Positions 45,045 through 54,437 of a DNA stretch of 64,000 nt are shown in pieces. Position 1 is the first letter of the stretch. The number at the start of each line of letters is the position of its first letter. Source of the stretch: a virus. The position numbers were made by a program, and so were the translations under genes. A model generated the notes under the pieces. The model saw only the letters and a list, made by a program, of their open reading frames with translations. It was not told the DNA's origin and ran no database searches. The stretch is from positions 9,080-73,079 of the IMG/VR virus record IMGVR_UViG_3300027971_000046. One strand, 5' to 3'.

Positions 45045-45260
45045 ATGGACATCAACAACATCCGTTTCCCCCGTGAAGTAGAAAATCATGTAAAGGTATA
45101 CGAGGTTTCGTATATTGACGCAGTGCTTGCTGTGTGCGAACAGTTTGGAATAGAGCCGCAAGTCGCCGCCAAGTTCTTGAGTAAGCCGATTATTGAAAAA
45201 ATCAAGGCTGAAGGACAAGAACTGAATCTGCTTCCGAAAAAGTCAAAACTACCTGTTTGA
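45045..45260 (+). CDS. gp33: late transcription coactivator gp33
   Basis: SYIDAVL..CE...IEP......SKPIIEKIKAEGQELNLL. Confidence 0.8.
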   Translation: MDINNIRFPREVENHVKVYEVSYIDAVLAVCEQFGIEPQVAAKFLSKPIIEKIKAEGQELNLLPKKSKLPV

Positions 45261-45364
45261 CCTTGACACACTGCTATTGTGTGGTACTATCCATACATAG
45301 TTGTGGCTGATTTCTACATCACACACATTAACACACACAGTACAAATAGTACAAGGAGACACGC

Positions 45365-46303
45365 ATGGGATTCAAAGACCTAAAGTCCGCTTCCAAGAAC
45401 GCATATCAGACTCTTTCGTCCGAAATGGACAAGATGGCAAAGAAGTCTGAGTCCTACAAGGACGACCGTATGTGGAGAGCGGAAACCGACAAGACTGGCA
45501 ACGGCTACGCCGAGATTCGCTTTCTACCCGCACCCGATGGCGAGGATCTGCCGTGGGCGCGTGTTTGGAACCACGGCTTCCGTGGTCCAGGTGGTTGGTA
45601 CATTGAAAACTCCCTCACGACCATTGGTCTGAAGGATCCAGTGTCTGAAATGAACTCGCAGTTGTGGGCTAGCGGATCGGATGACGACAAGAAGATTGCG
45701 CGTGATCGCAAGCGCAAGTTGTCGTATATCAGCAACATTCTTGTTGTGAGCGACCCCAAGAATCCGCAGAACGAGGGCAAGGTGTTCCTGTTCCGCTACG
45801 GCAAGAAGATTTTTGAGAAGATTCAGGAAGCCATGAATCCGCAGTTCCAAGACGAGAAGCCCATGAATCCGTTTGACTTTTGGAACGGTGCAAACTTCAA
45901 GTTGAAGATTCGTCAGGTTGAGGGCTACACCAACTACGACAAGAGCGAGTTTGCTGCTCCGTCAGCCCTGCTTGGTGGCGATGACGCTGCGCTTGAGAAG
46001 TTGTGGAAGACGGAGTTCTCCCTGAAGGAGTTCACTGATCCCAAGTCCTTCAAGTCGTATGATGAACTCAAGGCTCGTCTGGAGCAGGTGCTTGGCGGTA
46101 ACATCCGCGCCACCTCTTCAGAGTCGGGTTTCAAGGGTGGTGCAGAGAAGGCTGCGTTTGATGATGAGGATACGGTTCCCGCTGTGAAGAAGCCTGCGCC
46201 GCAGGCGGCTCCAAAGAAGAGTGTGAAGGAGAGCGTCAGCACGGATGATGACGACACGGAGGATGCACTCTCTTACTTTGAGAAGTTGGCAAGCGAAGAC
46301 TAA
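45365..46303 (+). CDS. gp32: single-stranded DNA-binding protein gp32
   Basis: DKTGNGYAEIRFLP, WYIENSLTTIG, NYDKSEF, acidic tail ALSYFEKLA. Confidence 0.95.
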   Translation: MGFKDLKSASKNAYQTLSSEMDKMAKKSESYKDDRMWRAETDKTGNGYAEIRFLPAPDGEDLPWARVWNHGFRGPGGWYIENSLTTIGLKDPVSEMNSQLWASGSDDDKKIARDRKRKLSYISNILVVSDPKNPQNEGKVFLFRYGKKIFEKIQEAMNPQFQDEKPMNPFDFWNGANFKLKIRQVEGYTNYDKSEFAAPSALLGGDDAALEKLWKTEFSLKEFTDPKSFKSYDELKARLEQVLGGNIRATSSESGFKGGAEKAAFDDEDTVPAVKKPAPQAAPKKSVKESVSTDDDDTEDALSYFEKLASED

Positions 46304-46329
46304 ATAGCAGTGACTTTCGGTTTCGCAGC

Positions 46330-46360
46330 AAGGGGCGCACTTCGGTGCGCCCCTTTGTTT
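46330..46360. terminator. bidirectional terminator
   Basis: AAGGGGCGCAC-TTCG-GTGCGCCCCTT between convergent genes. Confidence 0.75.
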
Positions 46361-49251
46361 TATGGAACCATAGAGAATGCTTGCATCTGCTTCTGCGTGG
46401 GTTCGTTGTTCCGAATCCGCAGATCATCATTGAAGTTGTTGTTTGTGGTGCTGATCTTGGTCTGAATGTTTGCGTTATTGTTGGTGTTTCCGCCAGCAGG
46501 AGTCGCTGCCGCACTACGAGCATCACTCAATGCGTTTTGCTCTGCGGAGTACTGACTCATCATCTTGCCCATTGTGGTGTTGGCTGTAGCAGGGGCAACA
46601 ATCTTTCCTTGCACATCATTACCAGCAGCGGAGGATTTGCCTGCAAGATTCTGTTCCATTTCCTGCTTTTTTTCCCAAGACAATCCGCGTACTTGCTGTC
46701 GCCTGATGGTTCTCTCTGTGGCACTGCCACCTGCCTGTATCCAATTTGCTATATTTGGAGTCTCGGGTGGAACCATCGTGCCATCTTCCATAGGATGCCA
46801 GCCAGCATCTTTGAATGGAGACATTCCAGCCATAGCGGTCTTTTCGGCGGGATTTTTAGCCGCTCCTACATCATCAGCATAAGGATCAGCAACTTTTCCT
46901 CCTGCTGCTATGGATGCATCTACCTCAGAATTAAATTTATTCACTCTATCATTTTCAAGGCTCTCTTCTTCTCTATCCCTTCTTCTGCGTGGCATACTAG
47001 CAACCATGTTCGCTCTTGACTTAATTTCGTCGGCGTTCTTCCCCTGCTTTGCCCAATCTTTTAGATTGGGGTAACTATCCCAAAAATAAGTGTTATCAAA
47101 TACCGATAGATCATCAACGCCTTCTCCTGTGCTTGATTCATCACCGTCTACTGAAATCAGTGAACCAACACCAGGAATTGCAGCCACCATGTCATAGAAC
47201 TTGGTGGGACCAATCTGTTCCGCAAGCAGTTCCGCAATTTTTCCTCCCACCCATGCTCCACCAATAGTACCAATTAGTGTTCCGAGTCCAGGAATTGGAA
47301 TGAGTGTTCCTAGTGCGCCTCCTGCAACAGAACCAAGTGCTTCTCCGACTGTTTTAACAATCGTTTTGCCGATTTGTTCTTTCTTCTCTTCTTTAGACAA
47401 TTCGGTATTGTTCTTGATGGATGCAATGTCTATTGCTCCCATGATTCCCGTGATAATTGCTCCAAGACCAGGAATCTTCGCAATCCCCTTTATGATCTTT
47501 CCTGCGCCCTTGGCAATTGGACCTTGCAGCAATTTTGTTGGATTGAGTTTACCAAGCAGATTTCCTGCTCTACCCAACATATTGCTAAACCATCCTCCTG
47601 CTCCTCCTGCTGCTGCTCCGCTTTCGGATACTCCCTTGATGGCATTCTTGCCAGCATCCCAAACGCTCTTACCAGCACCCATCACTGCTTGTCCTGCTCT
47701 GCTTTGCGTTATTCCCTTGATGGCATTCTTGCCAGCATTTGAAATGCTTCTACCAGCACTCATCACTGCTTGTCCTGCTTTGCTATTCCTTATTGCCTTG
47801 ATGGCATTCTTACCTACAATCCGTGCGCGTCTGCCAGTATCCACCACGGTTTTTCCAAAACCCTTTTTGGATATTTGCTTCGCGGTATTCCTGCCGAAAT
47901 CCGTGACGCTTTTGCCAGCAGTTCTCACGGATTCTGTGGCTCTTCTGAATGGAGAAGACACAGCCTTATAGACTGATGTGTTCTGTAGTTTTGTGAGTCC
48001 TCGTGTTCCAAGTCTCCTCGTAGCACCGATACCACCGCTAGTCACAAATGAACCGATACCCGCAATGTTTCCTATGGTTGATAGAATGCCGCCTCCACCG
48101 CCACCGCCCGCTGTCCCCGCGATGCCTCCCTTTCCACCCAATGCACTCAATACGGAAGCAGCAGAACCATTTCCTCCACCCATAGCGGAACCAGCCGCGC
48201 CCTCAAGTTCAGACTCACGAGCAGCAAGTTCATTTACATCAGCCTGCTTGATAAGCAGTTTTCGTATTTCACGAACTTCTTTATACATTCCATCAAGTGT
48301 AGCCAGTACACGGGTTCCTCCCTTTCCTTGCTCATTGATGCCCAAACCAGGAATATCAGATGCGCGAGTTCCGCCCATCTGTTCGGGACTGCCTGTTCGT
48401 GTGTTTCGCGGTTCTCTTGAGTCTGTACCACTTATGTCTAGTTCAGATCCTCTATTTTCGCCACGCGAGATTTTCGCTCGTAGACGACCAGCATAGTCAT
48501 CAATCTTTTCTTTTGTTTCGCGTTTTTCTTTCAGGAATTGACTAATAAGACCGCCGACCACTGGTATTTTTGCAGCGAGCCGTTCAGGCAGAGTCTTTTT
48601 GAAGTTCTTTGCCCTATCTTTGATAAACTCTGAAAAGGATGTTCTCTTTTTCAGTTGTTCTTCGACAGGCTTGATGATTGCATCTAGTTCATTAGCAATA
48701 CTAGACTGTTCACCTTTTGTTTTTGCCGCGATTCCTCTTATGAACTTTAGTTGGGCATAGATTTTCTGTGCGTCATCTACGGAAGCACTGAGTGATTCTT
48801 CCGAAAGCAAAACGGCTTCTCTCATCAACTGATACGCAGCCGCTCCCGCTGGATCTTCTCGGTTAAACTTTTCGCGGTTCTCAACAATGAATGCTTCCAC
48901 TTTGGATCGAACACCCTCTTTTTGAGATGTTCCAACCACATAATCTTCAAGGGCAGTGGGTTCTGATCCCGTTTCTTTTTGTTGCATACCCAATGCGGTT
49001 AGGAGATCAATGTTTTCTCCCGCTTCCGCATTAGGCGCACCAGCCCCTGCACTTGGTGTTGGTGGGGCGGCTGATTCTGGCGCAGCGGGTGATGCACTTT
49101 GTGTTGGTGGGGCGGCTGATTCTGACGCAGCGGGTGATGCAGTCCTGAATTCTGGCTTTAGCCCACCAAATTGACCACCTGGTCCTCGCTCTTGGCGTTG
49201 GGACTTCATTCGTCTGTATTGTTTGTCGCTGACCTTTTTCTTCCTTGCCAT
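46360..49251 (-). CDS. tape-measure-like / baseplate hub protein
   Basis: 963 aa, helical, Gly/Ala-rich, 27-aa GKNAIK repeats, hydrophobic GG-rich segment; follows gp26/gp51. Confidence 0.65.
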   Translation of the reverse strand: MARKKKVSDKQYRRMKSQRQERGPGGQFGGLKPEFRTASPAASESAAPPTQSASPAAPESAAPPTPSAGAGAPNAEAGENIDLLTALGMQQKETGSEPTALEDYVVGTSQKEGVRSKVEAFIVENREKFNREDPAGAAAYQLMREAVLLSEESLSASVDDAQKIYAQLKFIRGIAAKTKGEQSSIANELDAIIKPVEEQLKKRTSFSEFIKDRAKNFKKTLPERLAAKIPVVGGLISQFLKEKRETKEKIDDYAGRLRAKISRGENRGSELDISGTDSREPRNTRTGSPEQMGGTRASDIPGLGINEQGKGGTRVLATLDGMYKEVREIRKLLIKQADVNELAARESELEGAAGSAMGGGNGSAASVLSALGGKGGIAGTAGGGGGGGILSTIGNIAGIGSFVTSGGIGATRRLGTRGLTKLQNTSVYKAVSSPFRRATESVRTAGKSVTDFGRNTAKQISKKGFGKTVVDTGRRARIVGKNAIKAIRNSKAGQAVMSAGRSISNAGKNAIKGITQSRAGQAVMGAGKSVWDAGKNAIKGVSESGAAAGGAGGWFSNMLGRAGNLLGKLNPTKLLQGPIAKGAGKIIKGIAKIPGLGAIITGIMGAIDIASIKNNTELSKEEKKEQIGKTIVKTVGEALGSVAGGALGTLIPIPGLGTLIGTIGGAWVGGKIAELLAEQIGPTKFYDMVAAIPGVGSLISVDGDESSTGEGVDDLSVFDNTYFWDSYPNLKDWAKQGKNADEIKSRANMVASMPRRRRDREEESLENDRVNKFNSEVDASIAAGGKVADPYADDVGAAKNPAEKTAMAGMSPFKDAGWHPMEDGTMVPPETPNIANWIQAGGSATERTIRRQQVRGLSWEKKQEMEQNLAGKSSAAGNDVQGKIVAPATANTTMGKMMSQYSAEQNALSDARSAAATPAGGNTNNNANIQTKISTTNNNFNDDLRIRNNEPTQKQMQAFSMVP

Positions 49252-49280
49252 GATGCTACCTCGGTGTCATGGTAAAGGGG

Positions 49281-49463
49281 TCACAGGGGTTTTCTGTTGC
49301 CTGCTTTTTCCTTCTCTTGTTTAAGATGAGAAATAAGCATTTGTATGTATACCTCTCGTTCCCAAGGTAGCATTGCCTCTAATTCGGCAAGGGAATACCC
49401 GTGGTGCTGCATGAGGTTGAAGTTCATTTGGTAATACGCCCCCAAGTCGTTATGACAGAGGGC
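49281..49463 (-). CDS. gp51: baseplate hub assembly catalyst gp51-like (not in the ORF track)
   Basis: ALCHNDLGAYYQMNFNLMQHHGYSLAELEAMLPWEREVYIQML; start codon uncertain. Confidence 0.8.
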   Translation of the reverse strand, partial: ALCHNDLGAYYQMNFNLMQHHGYSLAELEAMLPWEREVYIQMLISHLKQEKEKAGNRKPL

Positions 49464-50188
49464 TACTGAAAAAAATCAGATACGCTATTCATTTCTACGG
49501 TTACTATTTGTTTGCAATTGGGGCAGTTGTACTTCATCAGATACTTTAGTTCGGGAACGCTCTGTATGAACTCCAACATTTTAGCAAACTGATCTGGCAG
49601 CATATTGTCCACAAAATCGGATAGAGTCTGCGGGTTGATGTCCTGTACTTGGTACACCTGTTCGTTTAGAATAACCGATTCAATGCACCGCTTGGCTAGT
49701 TCAAATGCAATTTCCACTTCAGTTTTGTCGTAGTCAAAGTCGTGGATGGACGGATACCGCATGATCACGGTGAGTTCGTCTGTCATCTTTATGTTGCTGT
49801 CGATCACGGGTTTGTCGGTGGTCTTGATTGTGATCTCGTCCAGTTTTATTTTGACGCTTGTTTCTTTGCCGCAGTTGGTGCAGACCACCTGTGGCTTGAC
49901 TTCTTCGCCCACCGACTTGGAGCGAATCTGCAAGAAAGCGTACTCTGCGTCCGCAGCACACAGTTTGCGGGTGTCTATGCTGCTGTTCGTGCAGGCGAGA
50001 ATCACATTCCGCATGGCATCGTTGATCTGATTGATGTTTTTTGACTGCATTGCCATCAGTAGGATTTTTTCTTCCTTGACGACAAATGGTCTGAATTTTG
50101 CCAGTATGCCTGATACGGGCAGAGTCATGCTGTATTGTGGTAACGCTGCGTTTGTCAGATTCAGTTGATTCATGGCGATCCTTTTCAA
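49463..50188 (-). CDS. gp26: baseplate hub subunit gp26
   Basis: FRPFVVKEEKILL, LQIRSKSVGE, two CxxC, terminal DFF. Confidence 0.85.
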   Translation of the reverse strand: MKRIAMNQLNLTNAALPQYSMTLPVSGILAKFRPFVVKEEKILLMAMQSKNINQINDAMRNVILACTNSSIDTRKLCAADAEYAFLQIRSKSVGEEVKPQVVCTNCGKETSVKIKLDEITIKTTDKPVIDSNIKMTDELTVIMRYPSIHDFDYDKTEVEIAFELAKRCIESVILNEQVYQVQDINPQTLSDFVDNMLPDQFAKMLEFIQSVPELKYLMKYNCPNCKQIVTVEMNSVSDFFQ

Positions 50189-50205
50189 TATAGGGTGTAA
50201 TCTAT

Positions 50206-50946
50206 TTATCTAGGCAGTGGTAGGTTGTTTTTCAGTGCATTTGCAAGATCGGGAGCATATAGTCCGTTTACGGTTCCGTCAGATGATACATTGTAAAATT
50301 GACCGTTTCGTGCGTATGTGTTTCGGGTCAACGCTCTCTCTGGAGAGAGGGCGGGTGCTTGCAGCAATTGAGGAACAGTTTGGTTTACCTGTGGTACTGG
50401 CGGTAGCCGCACAGGCAGGTATTTTCTGAATGCTATGGTGACATCTTGTCGCATGAACTCGTTGTCTTTGTCGTATCCGATTTGGATGTCACCCATAGCC
50501 TTGGGATATGCTTCTTCCACTGCAATCTGATATGTTATCTGACTAGCCCTGTTTAGTATGTTGATCGTCAGTGGAGCAGTGTACTGATCATAGTAGTTGA
50601 ACTTGTAGTCGTTCGGACTGCATACTCCGTTCATCCACTGCTCAAAGAACTCACGCTCCTGTAGGCTCTCGGATAGAATCACCGACATCGTGAGTTCTCC
50701 GCTGTATATTGGCTCATATGGCATATTCCTAGCAGGACCGTAGAACCTATACGGCACGGTGGAGAAGGATCGTCCAGGAATGGATATGGAATCACAGCGC
50801 ACAGCAATTTGTCGTGCGGCATCCGAATTCAGTGTTCTGAAGATATTGGGATAATTGATCAGCACTTCGTAGCGATTGGTGTACGCAAGACCGCTAGAGA
50901 ATATGCTGCTGAACATCTCGGTTATGCTTGATGGAATCTGCGACAT
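50206..50946 (-). CDS. tail tube-like protein (gp54/gp19 family)
   Basis: NRYEV...CDSISIPGR...FFEQW...EAYP. Confidence 0.75.
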   Translation of the reverse strand: MSQIPSSITEMFSSIFSSGLAYTNRYEVLINYPNIFRTLNSDAARQIAVRCDSISIPGRSFSTVPYRFYGPARNMPYEPIYSGELTMSVILSESLQEREFFEQWMNGVCSPNDYKFNYYDQYTAPLTINILNRASQITYQIAVEEAYPKAMGDIQIGYDKDNEFMRQDVTIAFRKYLPVRLPPVPQVNQTVPQLLQAPALSPERALTRNTYARNGQFYNVSSDGTVNGLYAPDLANALKNNLPLPR

Positions 50947-51539
50947 TATGTTCCCCTGCGGATTACTGCGTTTCTGCTGTCTCTGTATACGGTTACTGGT
51001 CTTGCGCCAACGAATTTCTGCGTGTTTCCATTAATCATGTCTTCCCATAAGTGAAACGGAACAATCACTGGTCTTTTTTTCATCCCTTTCCATAGATATT
51101 TTCGATAGCATGGTCTGTAGTATTTGAATATTTTTCTAGCATCTAGCCGATCATAGTCAATTTTCAGCCGCGTCTTCCACTCCTCGTTTGCTTTGATTGT
51201 GGGTAGTCCGCGCATGATCGTATCAAACAGAGCATTTCTGTATTGTGGACTCAAGAAGTGCAGGTTTATACCTTCGAACCCGCCCTTATAGACATCAGTT
51301 ATCATTACAAGAGGATACGAATCATAATATGTATCCTTTGCAATAAAAGATTCGCTGATTGGTTTGTACTTGAAGAACACCAATAAGCCTGGCATTAGGC
51401 GGTTCGGTATCAGCAACTGATCCTGTTTGCTCAACATTTTCAAGAACTGCACATATGTCTGGTCTGTTCCACCCAATGCGATGGTGGTTTCCTCTAGCAA
51501 TTCTTCTAGTTCGATCTTGTGTTTGTCGTTGTCGTTCAT
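50946..51539 (-). CDS. gp2: DNA end protector gp2
   Basis: YYDSYPLV, GINLHFL, PCYRKYL. Confidence 0.8.
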   Translation of the reverse strand: MNDNDKHKIELEELLEETTIALGGTDQTYVQFLKMLSKQDQLLIPNRLMPGLLVFFKYKPISESFIAKDTYYDSYPLVMITDVYKGGFEGINLHFLSPQYRNALFDTIMRGLPTIKANEEWKTRLKIDYDRLDARKIFKYYRPCYRKYLWKGMKKRPVIVPFHLWEDMINGNTQKFVGARPVTVYRDSRNAVIRRGT

Positions 51540-51976
51540 GGCTTTTTGTTGAACAGATCGTCTTCGGTCAATATTTTGAATTCCCATCCCTTGGCATCAG
51601 ACACCCGCTTGGCGGCTTCCCACTTGGCTTTGTTGGTTACCCATGTCTTGACTTCGGTGATGTACCCACGAGTGATCCTGCTCTTCTTCTGCGGCTCTTG
51701 GCACTGCTTTTTGGGTTTGATCTCTACAAGCCAAGTCTTGATGCCCTCTGGTGTGCGTACCTCAACCAAGAAGTCCACAAAGTAGCGGTGGGGCTTGTGG
51801 TCGATGGGACTCATGTACGGAATCACCACTTCTTCGGATGCCCAACGCAGAACATTCGCGCTGCTGTCGCAGTACTTCATAAACTTGCGTTCCCACATAC
51901 TTCGGTAGGTGATCTTGGTGGGATCGCCTATGTATTTGGTGGGGTTCTGTGGTTGAAAAATGCCTTTGTATGCCAT
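51536..51976 (-). CDS. gp4: head completion nuclease gp4 (TnsA-like)
   Basis: MAYKG.F.P.NP.KY.GD, YRSMWE, WASEE, HRYFVDF, EIKP. Confidence 0.92.
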   Translation of the reverse strand: MAYKGIFQPQNPTKYIGDPTKITYRSMWERKFMKYCDSSANVLRWASEEVVIPYMSPIDHKPHRYFVDFLVEVRTPEGIKTWLVEIKPKKQCQEPQKKSRITRGYITEVKTWVTNKAKWEAAKRVSDAKGWEFKILTEDDLFNKKP

Positions 51977-52017
51977 ACATAAATATGTAGCCAATCCCCC
52001 AAAGGAATCCTCCACAT

Positions 52018-53532
52018 ATGTTAGTACCAGACAAATATGCCCGAAGTCCCGAGGTTGCGCCACAAACAAGCAACGGAAAGCCGTTTGTTGCCAGCAATCG
52101 CACAGGACGAATTTCTAGCGAACAATTCGCGGAGCAGATTCAGGATCAGATTTCTAGAAATCTTGAGGGCTTCACCCCACTCAAGCGTGGCTCTCGCTCA
52201 CGCCCATCTCTATTGAAATATCCTATTGAAATTGGTTCGGGACAGGTTCCTCATGTCATGCAGTTCAAGGTGTTCTGGCGGTGGGAACAAAAGGACATGA
52301 AAGAAACCTTGAACAACGCCAAGGTGGAGAATGAAAAGAAGATTGGTGATTTGCAGACTCTTCACAGTCTGATTGAGAATGGTGATCTCACAGAAGAAAA
52401 TCTGATGCGAAGCCCGCTTTCAGATCAGGGTATTGCTGCACTAAACGAGATCGTGTACAGCAACAAGACTCTGAAGGTGGTTGATCCTAGCATGAACGAT
52501 AGTCTGGCACAGATGCTGGACAACAATCCACAGCGCGCCAAGCAGATTCTTGAACAAACCATTTCGTCGTATCAGACTCGTCTATCAGATATCAATTCTG
52601 AAATATCAAACGGCACGGGCAAGGTTGGATTGGATGAACAGGAAAAACTGCAAGTACAGGGAAGATTCGGTGAGCAGATAGCAGATTCTAGTGCTGGTAG
52701 TGCTGCTGTGAGTGTTGGTTCTGTGGGTGCTGTTATTGGTGGTATTGCTGGATTTTTTCTTGGTGGACCTCCTGGCTTAGTAGTTGGAGCATTGGCGGGT
52801 GGTGGTGGCGGCGCACTCGCAGGGGTTGCGGCACAACAGGGGGCAAAGGCTTTTCAGAATCAAGCAGTGTACGATCAGATGGTGTCCATCTATCTGCCGT
52901 TCTGCACAAAAATCAATAACGAAGACACCTTTCAATATGAAGAGTCCAGTATGAGTGTTGCTGGTGGTATTGGTGATTTTATGAGTAATGGTATGATTTC
53001 ATCCACCGAGCAGGCTGCACAGGCAGGACTCAACAAAGGTTCGGAGATGGTTGGTACTGGACAAGCGGGTGCGGCTCTTCAAGGACGAATAATCAATCCG
53101 CGCCTTGAAAAAATGTTCAAGCAAAAGGATTTTAGAAACTTCAATTTCAGTTGGGAGTTCTATCCAAAGACCAAAACGGAAGTGGAATACATTCGAGATA
53201 TTATTGAAACATTCCGCTATCATGCTCACCCTAGTCGTGAGAATGAACCTGGCTCAGACGATCCATCCAAGGTTCAGATCATGCTTCGCGTTCCTGGTGA
53301 ATTTGAAATTCGCTTTCTGTCCAGCAATCCCGATCCCAACCAAGCAGGTTTCGTTGAGAACGAGTACCTGCCACAGATTGGTCGCTGTTCTCTCACCTCT
53401 ATTTCTGTGGATTACACACCAAACTCCATCTACAGTTCGTTTCAAGACAATTCTCCAACGGCAATTACTTTCTCGCTTCAGTTCACTGAAATGGGACTGC
53501 TGACCCGTGAAGCAATAGATAAGGGCTACTGA
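52018..53532 (+). CDS. gp48: baseplate tail tube cap gp48
   Basis: IYLP, NP....F....RNFNFSWEFYP, SVDYTPN, LQFTE. Confidence 0.8.
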   Translation: MLVPDKYARSPEVAPQTSNGKPFVASNRTGRISSEQFAEQIQDQISRNLEGFTPLKRGSRSRPSLLKYPIEIGSGQVPHVMQFKVFWRWEQKDMKETLNNAKVENEKKIGDLQTLHSLIENGDLTEENLMRSPLSDQGIAALNEIVYSNKTLKVVDPSMNDSLAQMLDNNPQRAKQILEQTISSYQTRLSDINSEISNGTGKVGLDEQEKLQVQGRFGEQIADSSAGSAAVSVGSVGAVIGGIAGFFLGGPPGLVVGALAGGGGGALAGVAAQQGAKAFQNQAVYDQMVSIYLPFCTKINNEDTFQYEESSMSVAGGIGDFMSNGMISSTEQAAQAGLNKGSEMVGTGQAGAALQGRIINPRLEKMFKQKDFRNFNFSWEFYPKTKTEVEYIRDIIETFRYHAHPSRENEPGSDDPSKVQIMLRVPGEFEIRFLSSNPDPNQAGFVENEYLPQIGRCSLTSISVDYTPNSIYSSFQDNSPTAITFSLQFTEMGLLTREAIDKGY

Positions 53533-54437
53533 TGTACTTTTCTAAATTCCCACTACTACAGTATCCTGTCAAGGACGGAACCGCCTTCCGTTATGTGTAT
53601 GTGCGAAATCTGCTGCGGCGGGTTGCGTTGAGCGAAGACTTGAAGAGCGGGGAGTCTGCGTTTTTGGAGTACAACATCAAGGACGGAGAACGCCCCGAAC
53701 ACATCGCAGAGCGCGTATACGGAGATCCTGCGTACCACTGGTTGATTCTACTAACAAACGACATTATTGATCCGTATCACGGGTGGTACAAATCGGGCTT
53801 GGCACTAGAAGACTACATTCAAAAGAAATACGGTGGCTACACTGTCTACATCAGCACCACATCCGATTCTTTCTTTTACAACTCCGCAGTTGGCAGTGGC
53901 TCTACTTTTTCACAGGGCGGAAAGTCGGTGGCAATTGTGGACTATTCGCCTGAACTCTGCAAACTCACTGTGCTTGGAAAGGATATTGCTGAAGGAGCCG
54001 CAACGATTGGAGTCTCTGGTGGAACTAGTTACTCTGTTTATGTCCACCGTGTAGACCCGTCTTTTACTGCCGTGCATCACTTTCAGATTCCTTATTCAAG
54101 TGGGCTATGCGGAGCCTCCACCGAGTTCACTGTTGACCCATTGAGTCAGCAAACAGACAGTTACTCTGTGGTGGGTGGTGTGGTTGGTCATACAAAAAAT
54201 GAGTATCCCGCAATAATCACCGATGGTAAACAATATGCAGGATCGGGAACTGTAGACTTATGGGAAACTTATATTGGTCGTTACATGGGAATTTCTGGCG
54301 CACAGTTAAACACCTATGCGGTATCTAATTACACCTACGAGTTCACGGAAAATGATGCAAAGCGAACCATCAAGGTTCTGCATCCGCGTTTCAAGAAGAC
54401 TGCCCTGAACGAACTTGAATCTCTGCTGAGGGTCTAA
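53532..54437 (+). CDS. gp53: baseplate wedge gp53
   Basis: MYFSKFP, DGERPEHIA..VYG...HWLILL.N, ENDAKRTIKVL. Confidence 0.85.
   Translation: MYFSKFPLLQYPVKDGTAFRYVYVRNLLRRVALSEDLKSGESAFLEYNIKDGERPEHIAERVYGDPAYHWLILLTNDIIDPYHGWYKSGLALEDYIQKKYGGYTVYISTTSDSFFYNSAVGSGSTFSQGGKSVAIVDYSPELCKLTVLGKDIAEGAATIGVSGGTSYSVYVHRVDPSFTAVHHFQIPYSSGLCGASTEFTVDPLSQQTDSYSVVGGVVGHTKNEYPAIITDGKQYAGSGTVDLWETYIGRYMGISGAQLNTYAVSNYTYEFTENDAKRTIKVLHPRFKKTALNELESLLRV

Noticed and set aside
49463-49465. Amber readthrough or stop-codon reassignment at the gp26 TAG
   Set aside because: In-frame readthrough gives PSVITTW, not gp51; core genes are intact under the standard code and no suppressor tRNA is seen.
51536-51976. 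TnsA-like nuclease as evidence of a transposon
   Set aside because: It is the core T4-like gp4 head completion gene in normal synteny with gp2 and gp48.
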